Of a stretch of DNA of 64,000 nt, positions 9,711 to 19,802 are shown piece after piece. Every line of letters starts with the position of its first letter. Within the stretch, counting starts at the first letter, position 1. The notes under the pieces were generated by a model that saw nothing but the letters and a program-made list of their open reading frames with translations, did no database searches and was not told where the DNA came from. Both the position numbers and the translations under genes were made by a program. Source of the DNA: a virus; IMG/VR virus record IMGVR_UViG_3300023184_000036, one strand, 5' to 3'.

Positions 9711-12700
9711 TTATACACCCAAAGTTAAACTTGGAGTAATATTACTTAATCCACCTTGGTTTGCATTTGTACCAGCAATTGCACCAGTATTTAAGATACG
9801 AACAGGTATATAGATGAACTCTACAGCCTTTGTTGGTTCAATTGCGATATCAATATGCAATTCATTTTGATCAATAGTAGATGGTGTATTGTTTGTAGTA
9901 TCACAAACTACAAGATAATCATACACACCACGTTGAGTTTTAACATCGTTTAGCAATGCTGATACAGCGTTTGTAGCAGTATTACGTGTTACAGTGTCGT
10001 TTGGCTCAAATACCAATGGTTTAGCAATACGTTCAAGGTTGTAACGTAGATAGTTGATTAGACGTGCAACGTTGATACGGTCAAGAGCAGTAGCAGTTGC
10101 CTGACGAGTATGGTTACCATAGTTAAGAATACCTTCTGTTGGGAACACTGCAACTGGATTTACGTTATTGCTATATAGTAAATCACGTAGACCTTGGTTA
10201 GTTCCAATACTATAGAACTTACCAGTTACACGGTCAACATAACCAATCTTGATTACATTGTCAATTTTACCACGCAATGAACCTGCTGGTGCAAACCATG
10301 GAGCACTTGCTTGATCGCTCTTAATAATCATACGTAGGATTGCATGTGTAATAGGAACAACAATCTGACCATTGCCATCAAGTGCATTTGTATAACCTGC
10401 ACCTGGATAGAACACAGCAGTATAACTATCACTCGTAGCAAGACCATCTTCACCAGTGCTTGCAACACCACTTGTGTTAGTAACATAGTTGCTTACACTT
10501 GTAGTATCAGCAGTAAGACCCATTGGTGTGTCAGCAATGATAAATCCAGTGTTACGACGATCATTATTAAGTGAAATTAGATTTGTCGTCAATTCTGGAT
10601 ATCCTGGACATACAAGAAGATTAAAGTTAGTTTGATCTTCACGTATTGTTGTATTATTATCAACTGCTGTCTTAAGTGCATTTACAACAACATTGCGAAC
10701 TGCCTTACGACCCATGTAAGGAACACCAGCAGTATTGCTACCACTTACACTTTGCCAAGTAGCAGCAACAGCAGGAATAGTTCCTAATGGATAGTTTGCA
10801 CTTGTAAACTTGTTAGCCTTGTATTGTTTTACATTATAAGTGCTACGACGAGTATTGAATAGCAACATACCACGTGGATATAGTTGTGGATTTGGTGCAT
10901 CTAAATCAAGATAATTGCTTGTCAATAGACTTACAATTGTTGGCTTTGCATCAAGAGCAGGATCTACTGTGCCGGAAGTATCCCAACGTGCATCAGCAAA
11001 CAAGATACCATTTTCAGTTGTATTATCAGTGTTATCAATTTGAACCCACTGTGCGGTGCCGCTTACACTCTGCCAACGATAAATCTTTGGATAGTTTTCA
11101 AGATCACTTGTATCTACCCATAGGTCACCATAAACAAGACTTGAATTGTCAGTTTGTTTTGTAGGTTGACTTGCACTAATAATTGGACCAAGTGGATCTG
11201 TATTTGCAAGATTATATCCACGTGCATCACTACTTACGTTTTGATAACCTCTCCAATTAGTGCCATTACTAATCATAATGTCAACTTCAAGTGGAGTTGA
11301 AGCATACCAATAAGTGCCGTCATCAGGTTCTACAACTGGTTGTGTAGCTTGTTGGTAAAGATTACTTGCAGGATACCAATTACTACCAATAAGATAACCA
11401 TCACTTTCATCATCAAATACGTTATCAAGACTTGTTGTAATACCAGCAGCAGTAATTGGAGTTCCACTTACGTTGTGAAATTCAATATCACCACCACTTG
11501 TATGACTAATTGAAATGTAATTAGTTGCACTTAATGATGCAGTAAGATATGGAACATTAGCCGCAAGTACATCACTTACAAAACTTGCCGCACTTGTGCT
11601 ACTCAATGTAATTGTATATGCGCTACTCCAGCTGCTACTACCAGGACTTGTTGTTCTTATAGTAAAGCTATTACCAGCACTAAATGTTGGATTTGCAACA
11701 CTACCAGTAACAACAGTAGCAGTTCCACCACCATTCCATTGTAATAGTTTATATGTGCCTGTGTTTGTACCAAGAACATCATATTCAACAAATAGCGTAT
11801 CTGCTGCAATACCTAAACCACCAAGTGTTGGATCAAGATTATAAAGTGCAGTTTTACGATCTGCATAAACTGGTGCAGGTATAGTGTCAAACGCCATAGT
11901 AGCACTGTTATAACGATAAATCTTAAAGTTTGCACCACCGTTTACAGCGGTAGTTTTCATCCAAATACTACCTGTTGGATGTGGTTGCGCATCAGTTGAT
12001 TTCCATGCAGGAACACTGTAGTGTGCACCATAACTAAGTGCAGGACTCCAGTATGTACCTGGTGTTAAGCCAAGAGCATTAAGTGGGTTACCACTGCTAT
12101 TACTAATAGTAATTTTACCGTCAGCTGCAGCATTAGCACCACCACTCTTTGCACTTGCGTTTGCAAACAAATTAAAGTAACCATTAACAACTTGTGCATT
12201 AATACCAGACAAACCAGCACTATTAATAGTTGCGGCAAGATTTGACGCACTTGTGTTTGCTATTGTAAATGTATTACCATTTATTACAAGTGCTGTTGCA
12301 AGAGTTAACGCACTTGCTTGTGCATTACCAGTAAGAGTTGGTGTTTTAATTGCCCATGCATTGCTACCAATAAGGTTCCAAGAATTATCATAAGCCTTAC
12401 GATATATTGGATTCTTTACATCTGTAGCATTAAGTGCATAACTTCCAACTGTGCCAATATTACTATAAGGAACACCACCAGTTAACTGTGTTGAACTTGT
12501 TATTACAGTTGGGCTTTTTTGGACGAATGTTTCATTTGTGTAATCCCATTCAAATACGCCATAACTTGTAGTTGCGGTATCCATCCATTGAGTTCCGCCT
12601 GCTGGTTCAGCATAAGGACGTGAACTACTGCCACTTAACTGTGCAAGGTCAACATTTGCACGAAGAACATAAACTTGATTAGTAACACCAAGTGTGCTGT

Positions 12701-12992
12701 GTGCAGCCATAAGACCGTATTCTGCGGTCTCGCTACCAAATAAACGATTTCCACTTGCATCTGTTGGGAAAATTGGTAAACCATAATTTGTAAGAAGGTC
12801 TTTTTGACTTGAAATAAGTTGTAGTGTGTTTACTGTTGCTTCAGTTGTGTAACTTGCTATACCGCCAGCAGTGCTTGTTTTGTCTGTTGCAGTAGCAAGA
12901 AGAACGAAAGGTACTGTGCCAGGACCAGTAGGAGCGTAATTGCTTTGATCAATTACTGTTACTGATACGCCAGGAGATGTTAGTGTTGCCAT
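9711..12992 (-). CDS. gp18: Tail sheath protein (gp18-like), large inserted domain
   Basis: LTSPGVSVTVID start; PWFAPAG..RG, NVNPV, LDRINVARL, FEPND, IEPTKAVEFIYIP. Confidence 0.95.
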   Translation of the reverse strand: MATLTSPGVSVTVIDQSNYAPTGPGTVPFVLLATATDKTSTAGGIASYTTEATVNTLQLISSQKDLLTNYGLPIFPTDASGNRLFGSETAEYGLMAAHSTLGVTNQVYVLRANVDLAQLSGSSSRPYAEPAGGTQWMDTATTSYGVFEWDYTNETFVQKSPTVITSSTQLTGGVPYSNIGTVGSYALNATDVKNPIYRKAYDNSWNLIGSNAWAIKTPTLTGNAQASALTLATALVINGNTFTIANTSASNLAATINSAGLSGINAQVVNGYFNLFANASAKSGGANAAADGKITISNSSGNPLNALGLTPGTYWSPALSYGAHYSVPAWKSTDAQPHPTGSIWMKTTAVNGGANFKIYRYNSATMAFDTIPAPVYADRKTALYNLDPTLGGLGIAADTLFVEYDVLGTNTGTYKLLQWNGGGTATVVTGSVANPTFSAGNSFTIRTTSPGSSSWSSAYTITLSSTSAASFVSDVLAANVPYLTASLSATNYISISHTSGGDIEFHNVSGTPITAAGITTSLDNVFDDESDGYLIGSNWYPASNLYQQATQPVVEPDDGTYWYASTPLEVDIMISNGTNWRGYQNVSSDARGYNLANTDPLGPIISASQPTKQTDNSSLVYGDLWVDTSDLENYPKIYRWQSVSGTAQWVQIDNTDNTTENGILFADARWDTSGTVDPALDAKPTIVSLLTSNYLDLDAPNPQLYPRGMLLFNTRRSTYNVKQYKANKFTSANYPLGTIPAVAATWQSVSGSNTAGVPYMGRKAVRNVVVNALKTAVDNNTTIREDQTNFNLLVCPGYPELTTNLISLNNDRRNTGFIIADTPMGLTADTTSVSNYVTNTSGVASTGEDGLATSDSYTAVFYPGAGYTNALDGNGQIVVPITHAILRMIIKSDQASAPWFAPAGSLRGKIDNVIKIGYVDRVTGKFYSIGTNQGLRDLLYSNNVNPVAVFPTEGILNYGNHTRQATATALDRINVARLINYLRYNLERIAKPLVFEPNDTVTRNTATNAVSALLNDVKTQRGVYDYLVVCDTTNNTPSTIDQNELHIDIAIEPTKAVEFIYIPVRILNTGAIAGTNANQGGLSNITPSLTLGV

Positions 12993-13059
12993 TTGGTCTA
13001 TCCTTATAGGTGTTGATAATATTTAGCGGATAGACCTAAAAGAACCGCCATTTAAAGAG

Positions 13060-13683
13060 TTATATACGGATATTATCCAATAATGTGCTGACTTTACTCT
13101 TTAAATCTTCAATAGTGCCACTATTGTCAATTAGTGTGTCAACATTTTCTGTAACCCAACTCCACTCACTTGGGTGAATATCGTTAGGTTCTTCACCTTT
13201 TGTTACTAAATTTACTAACCAATCAGGGTCTTCACCACGACGAACACCCCATACTTCACCACCAAGTTTGCGAATCATTTGTATTTCATTTGGAAAACGA
13301 GTATCAGGAATTACAATATTATGTGGTTTATTAACATAACCGATTCCCATGCTTTTTATTTTTTTTTCAAGACTTGCAACCCAAATTTCTTCATGGAAAC
13401 CTACACGGCATACTTCTGTGCCCCAATATTGTAAAACCCATCGTGGTGTTAAATTTGGTATAGCAAGTCGTGCGCTCCACCAATCATCAACAGTTTCACG
13501 CCATTCACGACTTTCTTTTGTATCGCCTTCAAGTAAATGACGAGACCAACTGAACACTGATGCAACAACGTCTTTAAGACTATCAGCAAAACTTAACTTT
13601 TCAAAGCCAAATTCACCAACTAATATATCTGCAACGGTTCCTTTGCCACCACCGATAAGACCGCATACACCAATAATTTTCAT
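13060..13683 (-). CDS. gp1: Deoxynucleoside monophosphate kinase (gp1-like)
   Basis: GLIGGGKGT, SFADSLKD, TPRWVLQYWGTE, DTRFPNE, HPSE. Confidence 0.92.
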   Translation of the reverse strand: MKIIGVCGLIGGGKGTVADILVGEFGFEKLSFADSLKDVVASVFSWSRHLLEGDTKESREWRETVDDWWSARLAIPNLTPRWVLQYWGTEVCRVGFHEEIWVASLEKKIKSMGIGYVNKPHNIVIPDTRFPNEIQMIRKLGGEVWGVRRGEDPDWLVNLVTKGEEPNDIHPSEWSWVTENVDTLIDNSGTIEDLKSKVSTLLDNIRI

Positions 13684-13690
13684 AATTTAA

Positions 13691-13719
13691 TTTATAACAA
13701 AATTAAAGGTTGTTGTCAA
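13691..13719 (-). promoter_or_regulatory. Sigma70-like promoter for dNMP kinase
   Basis: TTGACA-17 nt-TATAAA on minus strand. Confidence 0.65.
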
Positions 13720-13720
13720 A

Positions 13721-14473
13721 TTATCCTATGACAAACCACATTGGAGTTTCACCAGTCATACTGTTTGTAATTTCAAGTTCAAGTGCATCTAACTTTGCTT
13801 GACCACGTGTTAATAGGTCAGTCCCGTTTAATGAACTACCACCTTGTGGACCAGGCAATGTTGAGAATTTACTACGTACTTCGCCTAAAATCATCATACA
13901 TTTTGCTAAAGTATATTCACGAAGCCATGGTTTGCTATAAATGTCAGTTAATAATGTAATATCTGGTTTATAATTTTCTGTCCAAATAAGAATAGTTTCT
14001 TTGTCACTACGTGGACGGCGCATAATTGTAAGTTCTTTTGTAACTGTATTAAACTTATAATTTAAGAAACCACCGAACATTTTTGCGGCTTCTTTCAAGA
14101 AAGAACTGTAAAGATAATATGTTGCTAAACCACCAACACGACCACTTTGTATCATATAAAAGTTTACGAAACCTGCTTCAAATGGTTCGTATTGGCTACT
14201 TGTGCCACTGTTTGCACCAATATTACGCTTAAAACAATTACGAACACTTATAACTTCATTTGGTAATGTATAAGTGTTTGTATCTTGTATGAGTTCTAAA
14301 AATGAATAACTTTCTTCAACACTGTTGGCACTGCGTTGGCGATAGCGAATAATAGCCTGTGTTAATGCAGTTTCATAATGAATTGGATCAAGTTCAATGT
14401 CAATGATACCATCACCAAGGGTATAACGGACATAATCAAATACTTCTGTTTTTAATTCTTGCAGTGTTGCCAT
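13721..14473 (-). CDS. gp13: Neck protein (gp13-like)
   Basis: LGDGIIDIELD...WLREYTLAKCMMILGEVRSKFSTLPGPQGGSSLNG. Confidence 0.88.
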   Translation of the reverse strand: MATLQELKTEVFDYVRYTLGDGIIDIELDPIHYETALTQAIIRYRQRSANSVEESYSFLELIQDTNTYTLPNEVISVRNCFKRNIGANSGTSSQYEPFEAGFVNFYMIQSGRVGGLATYYLYSSFLKEAAKMFGGFLNYKFNTVTKELTIMRRPRSDKETILIWTENYKPDITLLTDIYSKPWLREYTLAKCMMILGEVRSKFSTLPGPQGGSSLNGTDLLTRGQAKLDALELEITNSMTGETPMWFVIG

Positions 14474-14503
14474 GCAAATATTTATCGGTTAAATAACATT
14501 AAT

Positions 14504-15412
14504 ATGAGTCAAATTATTTGCAAATTAAAAGATGGGCAGACAATAGATATTGAACTATTGAATAATCCATTTATGTTTGATTTTATTGAGCAGTTTAAAA
14601 AGGTAAACCACAATCTTGAATTTGATCAAGAATTTTTTAATCCGTGTGGTTATGAAAATAGGTGGTCACAAAAAAGAATAGAAATCTTTGAATCAAAAAT
14701 AAAAGAAGCAATCAGAAATTTAAATTTTCTTGGTGTAAATTTTCCCATTGCAGAAGATGAAATTCAAATTACAAATGATTCAAATGGCAGAGATTTGTTA
14801 AACCGTTTACACCGACACTTTACAACGGGACATAGATCAGCATCTGAAACAAAAAATTTTATATGGTTAGAAAATTCAAATTTAACTTTTTCTATCAATG
14901 AGGAAAATTATAATGAATTTGCAAAATGGACTCATCAAATAAATGATTATGTTCACCAAAGTGAACCTTATTTTATTAATTCTAGAAAATTAAATTTTCC
15001 CATGACAAAAGAATACTTGATTTTATATAAAAGTATGGCATTTAGTGAACAAAATTTTAATTACTTCTGTTCAATAAAACAAGAACATTACGAATATTTT
15101 AGTGATGATATGCACTTTGATGTATGGTTACCATTAAATCAAATTCAAGGAAAAAATTATTTACAAGGTTATATAGATGAAGATAATCCAACACATTGGG
15201 ATATAAGTTCAAATATTTTTTACAGTGGTAGTTTTAGTATAGGTGATAGAGGATGGTATCATAATGAAGAAATTCAAAACTATCTCAAATCGTATGGAAT
15301 TGAAACAGGACCGCATACATGTGGTATGCCTCTAGGAAAAATAATAAAAGGACGTGAATTAATTCCCAGCTTAACTAAAAATAAAATAATAGCAATTGAT
15401 TACAACGAATAG
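14504..15412 (+). CDS. AT-rich hypothetical protein
   Basis: Long ORF; likely start ATG 14504 after TAAATA motif; LNRLHRHF motif. Confidence 0.7.
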   Translation: MSQIICKLKDGQTIDIELLNNPFMFDFIEQFKKVNHNLEFDQEFFNPCGYENRWSQKRIEIFESKIKEAIRNLNFLGVNFPIAEDEIQITNDSNGRDLLNRLHRHFTTGHRSASETKNFIWLENSNLTFSINEENYNEFAKWTHQINDYVHQSEPYFINSRKLNFPMTKEYLILYKSMAFSEQNFNYFCSIKQEHYEYFSDDMHFDVWLPLNQIQGKNYLQGYIDEDNPTHWDISSNIFYSGSFSIGDRGWYHNEEIQNYLKSYGIETGPHTCGMPLGKIIKGRELIPSLTKNKIIAIDYNE

Positions 15413-15688
15413 TTAGATAGTATCCCAATCACGACTGTGACTTACAAGTTCATCGCCCCAACGAAGATGAAAATAAACTTCATCCTCTGGTGTAAAATCT
15501 GCTTCAATAGTTACTGTATACCCAATATAACCATCAGGACTGTTTATGCCTGTTTTAAAAACAGGAGTTTGCAGAGCATGTTCCATTACCCATGCACCAG
15601 CATCGCTGTCTTGCCATTTCATTATAGGACCAGCAGCATATATTTGTGCATCTTCTACATCACCCATACGGAAACGATGAACTATCAT
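15413..15688 (-). CDS. Hypothetical, F-x-LRWG family
   Basis: C-terminal EDEVYFHLRWG. Confidence 0.65.
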   Translation of the reverse strand: MIVHRFRMGDVEDAQIYAAGPIMKWQDSDAGAWVMEHALQTPVFKTGINSPDGYIGYTVTIEADFTPEDEVYFHLRWGDELVSHSRDWDTI

Positions 15689-15696
15689 AGTTTTAT

Positions 15697-16113
15697 TTAG
15701 AAGGGGATATCTTCATCTTCCTTACCTTCATGCCAATCTGGACCTGGGTCTTTCCCATCTACGACAGCCTTTGTCATACGATCCATTTTACGCTTGGTTG
15801 TGAACTTTTCTTCACGGTCAGTAATTGTTTTGTCCTTAAATCCAAGCATATTCAAATACTTACGACATTCGTTCCAACCGTGCATAAAGTGAATGCAATC
15901 TTCTGCACTGCCACTAAAGATAGTAACACCACGTGTGTAAATTGGTAACACATCTCCATCATCTTTTGGAACCATAAGTGCAAACTCTGTGCCATTATTA
16001 GTTTCATAAGCATATGAATTAAATGCACCACGACTTGGACCAATTTCAAATCCAATCTTGTTGGCAAGACCTGTCATATCGTTGATAGTGCGATAATGAT
16101 TATAATTTGTCAT
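15697..16113 (-). CDS. Hypothetical protein
   Basis: 138 aa ORF ending EDIPF. Confidence 0.7.
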   Translation of the reverse strand: MTNYNHYRTINDMTGLANKIGFEIGPSRGAFNSYAYETNNGTEFALMVPKDDGDVLPIYTRGVTIFSGSAEDCIHFMHGWNECRKYLNMLGFKDKTITDREEKFTTKRKMDRMTKAVVDGKDPGPDWHEGKEDEDIPF

Positions 16114-16433
16114 GTTTCAAATCCTATTACAAATTGAACTAAATCTTCTTCTTGCAAATAAACATGGTAGCGTGTGTAAGTTTCACGTATTTTATATACT
16201 TGCGGTTTAGGTCTTTCATAGTTTTCACGATAAACACTTGCATAATGTGGTGACCATAGATAAATGTCACGCAACTCGCAAATGTTTTGTTCAAACCATT
16301 TTTCAACATTAATGCAATTTTGTCTGTCACGCACAATTATACGATGGCTGTAATGTTCAACCATTTTATTACGACCATCTAATTTTGCCCAACTGATACG
16401 TGGGTTAATATATCCGCCATCATATCTCATCAC
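16110..16433 (-). CDS. Hypothetical protein
   Basis: ORF in operon with ATGA overlap. Confidence 0.6.
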   Translation of the reverse strand: MMRYDGGYINPRISWAKLDGRNKMVEHYSHRIIVRDRQNCINVEKWFEQNICELRDIYLWSPHYASVYRENYERPKPQVYKIRETYTRYHVYLQEEDLVQFVIGFET

Positions 16434-16440
16434 GATTTAC

Positions 16441-16662
16441 CTATGTTTCAACCGTTTTCCAACCTTTTAATTCAGGATACAGATAATTTTCCAATACTAC
16501 AACAGCATCACTCATTGCAATAAGTGCTGCATTTTTATCCGCATCTGCTTCATCATCTATAAGCACATCAATTTCAATTGCCAAAAGTGTAACAATGTAT
16601 TCAAGTCGATCACGCAACTGCGGATCAAGATTTGTGATGTTGCCAGTGTTTGTCTGTTCCAC
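16441..16662 (-). CDS. Hypothetical acidic protein
   Basis: 73 aa ORF in operon. Confidence 0.55.
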   Translation of the reverse strand: MEQTNTGNITNLDPQLRDRLEYIVTLLAIEIDVLIDDEADADKNAALIAMSDAVVVLENYLYPELKGWKTVET

Positions 16663-17026
16663 CTAAATGTCCCCAATCACTGTCAACTGTCATCTTGCTT
16701 GTAATACCACCACGTGGACGGAACTCAATCTCAAGGCGAATACGTTCAGGATCATATACTACCATAAGGTGCTTGAACATAACATCAATGCAACGCTCAT
16801 AACTGATAATTGTATCACGATACTGATAAAAGTATTCTTTTAGGCTTTTAAGTTCAATAGTTTTATCTTTACCATAAAACCAAATTACAATATGTCCAAA
16901 ATCAGGTTGATCATGAACACCAAGAAATGTAAACTCTGGCACAGTGATACGTTGTTCATAACCACGTGCCGCATTAGGCAGTGCTTTCAGCACTGTAAAA
17001 TCAATAGTATCCCAAAGTTTTTTCAT
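16625..17026 (-). CDS. queF: QueF-like T-fold protein lacking catalytic Cys
   Basis: PEFTFLG..DQPDFG, ELKSLKEY QueF motif, SYE, PRGGI. Confidence 0.8.
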   Translation of the reverse strand: MKKLWDTIDFTVLKALPNAARGYEQRITVPEFTFLGVHDQPDFGHIVIWFYGKDKTIELKSLKEYFYQYRDTIISYERCIDVMFKHLMVVYDPERIRLEIEFRPRGGITSKMTVDSDWGHLGGTDKHWQHHKS

Positions 17027-17027
17027 A

Positions 17028-18188
17028 TCATTTCACCGCTTTTAAGAGGATAGTATCACCGTTCAAGCGTCCTGTCAAGCCAATTTCAACAGCACGTATA
17101 TTATCAAGGAACTTACGAAGTGCAACCTTACCACTGTTCTGAAACTCTTTGATTTGTTCCTTTGGCTTGCGTAGTGTCTTTGCTACACTTTGCTTGGCAT
17201 CATAACCAAGGATAGTGCTACCCTTGATACCCAATACGCCGCTTGTAGCATCAGCAACATATTTGCCAATTTTACGTGTCTTGATATTGTAAACCCACAA
17301 TTCAGTAGCGTTCAACACATCAACAGGGCTAATGCTAACAAGGTTCAACTCATCAAACTTTTGCAAGAACTTAACATTCTTGACAAGTTTTTCCTTGCTT
17401 ACAGGACGAGGCTTGCGAACCTTGCGAACAGCACTCTTAACATTACCATAGGTTGTAAGTGCATCAAACAGTGATTTATACCAAGTATCATAACGCTTGA
17501 AATCTGCCTTTGTCATCCAAGAATAGGCTTCACGCAAATCAGCATCGCCTTTCTTGTTTTGGCTTTCAAGCAATTCATTATATTGCGCCGCATACTTTTC
17601 ACGGATACGACTACAAAAAGCCTGCGGCATATTCTTCTCACGAAAGTAAGCCATAAAATCAGGCAATTCAATGCTACCTTCAATCATTTCATCATACTTG
17701 GCTTCAAGTTCACCAATAGTATCATCCAACTTTTCTGCCATAATTTCGGCAACATTGCGCTTTGGCACATCCTTAACTACCTTTTTAGTAGCCAATTTCT
17801 CACGACCATAAGCAAGCAATTCTTCTAATTTGTTTACAATATATTCAGCATCATGTGCCAATGGTGCGCCATTAAGAATCATCTTGCTGGCGCTACCAAT
17901 TGTGATACCTACCCGATTGTCATCGCATTCAGCAAATGCACTAATTTCTGCCTTGCCCCACTTGTAATATGTCTGCCCAAATTCTACAACATATTTCCGC
18001 ATATCGCCAGCGGACATATAATAATTGTAGAAATAAAAGGCATGAGTAATTTCCTGACGCTTCTTATCGTCAGTCCATTTACTGGCACCATCCCACTTTG
18101 GTTCTGGACCAGTAAACTTTTCGTCCATAAACTTGGGGGTTGAAACCTTACGTTGTGGTTTTTTAGCGACCATCAATCGGTTTACCAT
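17028..18188 (-). CDS. Conserved large-phage hypothetical protein
   Basis: 386 aa; C-terminal LWVYNIKTRKIGKY...KTLRKP...GRLNGDTILLK. Confidence 0.75.
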   Translation of the reverse strand: MVNRLMVAKKPQRKVSTPKFMDEKFTGPEPKWDGASKWTDDKKRQEITHAFYFYNYYMSAGDMRKYVVEFGQTYYKWGKAEISAFAECDDNRVGITIGSASKMILNGAPLAHDAEYIVNKLEELLAYGREKLATKKVVKDVPKRNVAEIMAEKLDDTIGELEAKYDEMIEGSIELPDFMAYFREKNMPQAFCSRIREKYAAQYNELLESQNKKGDADLREAYSWMTKADFKRYDTWYKSLFDALTTYGNVKSAVRKVRKPRPVSKEKLVKNVKFLQKFDELNLVSISPVDVLNATELWVYNIKTRKIGKYVADATSGVLGIKGSTILGYDAKQSVAKTLRKPKEQIKEFQNSGKVALRKFLDNIRAVEIGLTGRLNGDTILLKAVK

Positions 18189-18715
18189 ATATATTTCCTT
18201 TCGGTTGACCAGACACCACTACCGTTCCAGTCTTGTTGATCCTGATAATCCCAAAATTCATTAGAGTAACCAGTCTTATCACCGATCAGTGCATTTGTCA
18301 ACTGTTCTTTTGAGATACCATGTTGGGTATAACCTTCCATGCACATATTATAATAATGTGTGGATGGATTGCTTACATAATCTTGGTCATTCATCATATA
18401 AACCCAAGCAACGCCATATCCATTATCAGTTTCTACCCATGCACGTTGACGTAGGTAATAGCTTGGAAAACTTTCAAGACGATCAAGTGCTTGTAGGCAT
18501 TTATCGCTTATATCCCACAGAACACCTTCTACTTGACTTTCCCAATCTAATTCAACATCTGCATGACCACGGAATACAAACTTATAACCTGGCAAAATGG
18601 CCGCACCGATAACTTTGCTATCAGGGCAACGACTTGCCATTTGTTGTTTGTTTGTATTCATTCCGTAACCGAAATAAAGATGTCTATTCTGCAATTCGTA
18701 ATCTACCGTATTCAC
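18182..18715 (-). CDS. Gamma-glutamylcyclotransferase (AIG2-like)
   Basis: YFGYGMN...QMASRCP...VEGVLW...LDRLE..P..Y. Confidence 0.85.
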   Translation of the reverse strand: MNTVDYELQNRHLYFGYGMNTNKQQMASRCPDSKVIGAAILPGYKFVFRGHADVELDWESQVEGVLWDISDKCLQALDRLESFPSYYLRQRAWVETDNGYGVAWVYMMNDQDYVSNPSTHYYNMCMEGYTQHGISKEQLTNALIGDKTGYSNEFWDYQDQQDWNGSGVWSTERKYIW

Positions 18716-18763
18716 TATACTAATTTACACCTCACTATGTTGGGCATAATTGCCCGTAGGTGT

Positions 18764-18791
18764 AAATTACCATAGATTTAACTTTTGTCAA
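18764..18791 (-). promoter_or_regulatory. Sigma70-like promoter (leftward)
   Basis: TTGACA-16 nt-TAATTT. Confidence 0.5.
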
Positions 18792-18859
18792 GTCCTAATT
18801 TTAATTTATATCAAGATATTAAAAAACCTTGACAAATAGCTAAATTATGATAGATTTAG

Positions 18860-19132
18860 ATGATGTTCTGGTTTTTTGTCATATCTTTGGTTTTAATTGG
18901 CGGTCTTATAGTCCTTTATGTGGTAGAGGCTTGGCTTGACCTTGACCGTTGGATTGCGGATGCCCCCAAACGTGAGGCAGAAGGGTATCGTGATCCTGTC
19001 AATATTATGACACCTACGTCCCAACCCAAACCCGAACCTGTCAAAATATTGACACCAAGCCTTGAAAATTTCCCCAAAAGTAGTGAGGATGCCAAGGCAA
19101 AAATAGATAGATTGTTGAAAAAAAGTACTTGA
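18860..19132 (+). CDS. Small membrane protein
   Basis: N-terminal hydrophobic helix; TTGACA promoter at 18829. Confidence 0.55.
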   Translation: MMFWFFVISLVLIGGLIVLYVVEAWLDLDRWIADAPKREAEGYRDPVNIMTPTSQPKPEPVKILTPSLENFPKSSEDAKAKIDRLLKKST

Positions 19133-19156
19133 CAGTCCTGAAATATATGGTATTGT
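19129..19156 (+). promoter_or_regulatory. Early sigma70-like promoter
   Basis: TTGACA-16 nt-TATTGT. Confidence 0.65.
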
Positions 19157-19187
19157 AAGAATATAAGGTGAATTGATGGAGAAAACA

Positions 19188-19325
19188 ATGGTTTTTACAG
19201 GAAAACCCGCATACACCACCAAGAAATTGCGTGATTTGCATGGTCGTGGTTGGGCTATTGTTCGTAGCCACAAGCATCCTGATGGCACGACCACCTACGT
19301 TATGACTTATGTAGGTAAAAAATAA
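19188..19325 (+). CDS. Small early protein, 45 aa (not in ORF track)
   Basis: GGAG RBS; MVFTGKPAYTTKKLRDLHGRGWAIVRSHKHPDGTTTYVMTYVGKK. Confidence 0.7.
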   Translation: MVFTGKPAYTTKKLRDLHGRGWAIVRSHKHPDGTTTYVMTYVGKK

Positions 19326-19328
19326 CCC

Positions 19329-19356
19329 TTGACAGCCTCTTAATCTGTGTTATATT
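19329..19356 (+). promoter_or_regulatory. Early sigma70-like promoter
   Basis: TTGACA-16 nt-TATATT; same AATCTGTGTTATATT core as at 21896-21910. Confidence 0.7.
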
Positions 19357-19384
19357 AAATTATAGTCAATTGATGGAGAAACAA

Positions 19385-19792
19385 ATGGCTTACATGTCAC
19401 AGGAAAAGAAATCCAAGATCGCCCCTACGGTCAAGAAAATCCTCGCCAAGTATGGCGTTAAGGGTTCGTTGGCAGTTTCTAATCATATGACCCTTGTGCT
19501 TAATGTTAAGAGCGGTTCTATTGACTTTATACAAAATTATAATAAAACTGTTGGTAATCAGGTTGGTGGTTTCCGTCTTGGAAGTGCCGCAACTGATCAC
19601 GTTGATGTAAATCCATATTGGTATCACGAACATTTTACAGGTAAAGCCAAAGATTTCTTGACAGAAATCTTTATCGCTATGAATGATGGCAATCACGATA
19701 ACAGCGATCCACAGACCGACTACTTTGATGTCGGTTGGTATGTTGACGTAAATATTGGTAAGTGGAACAAACCTTATATTCTTTCCAAGTAA
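19385..19792 (+). CDS. Conserved phage early protein
   Basis: MAYMSQEKK...DNSDPQTDYFDVGWYVDVNIGKWNKPY; GGAG RBS. Confidence 0.8.
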   Translation: MAYMSQEKKSKIAPTVKKILAKYGVKGSLAVSNHMTLVLNVKSGSIDFIQNYNKTVGNQVGGFRLGSAATDHVDVNPYWYHEHFTGKAKDFLTEIFIAMNDGNHDNSDPQTDYFDVGWYVDVNIGKWNKPYILSK

Positions 19793-19802
19793 GGAGTATA
19801 AC

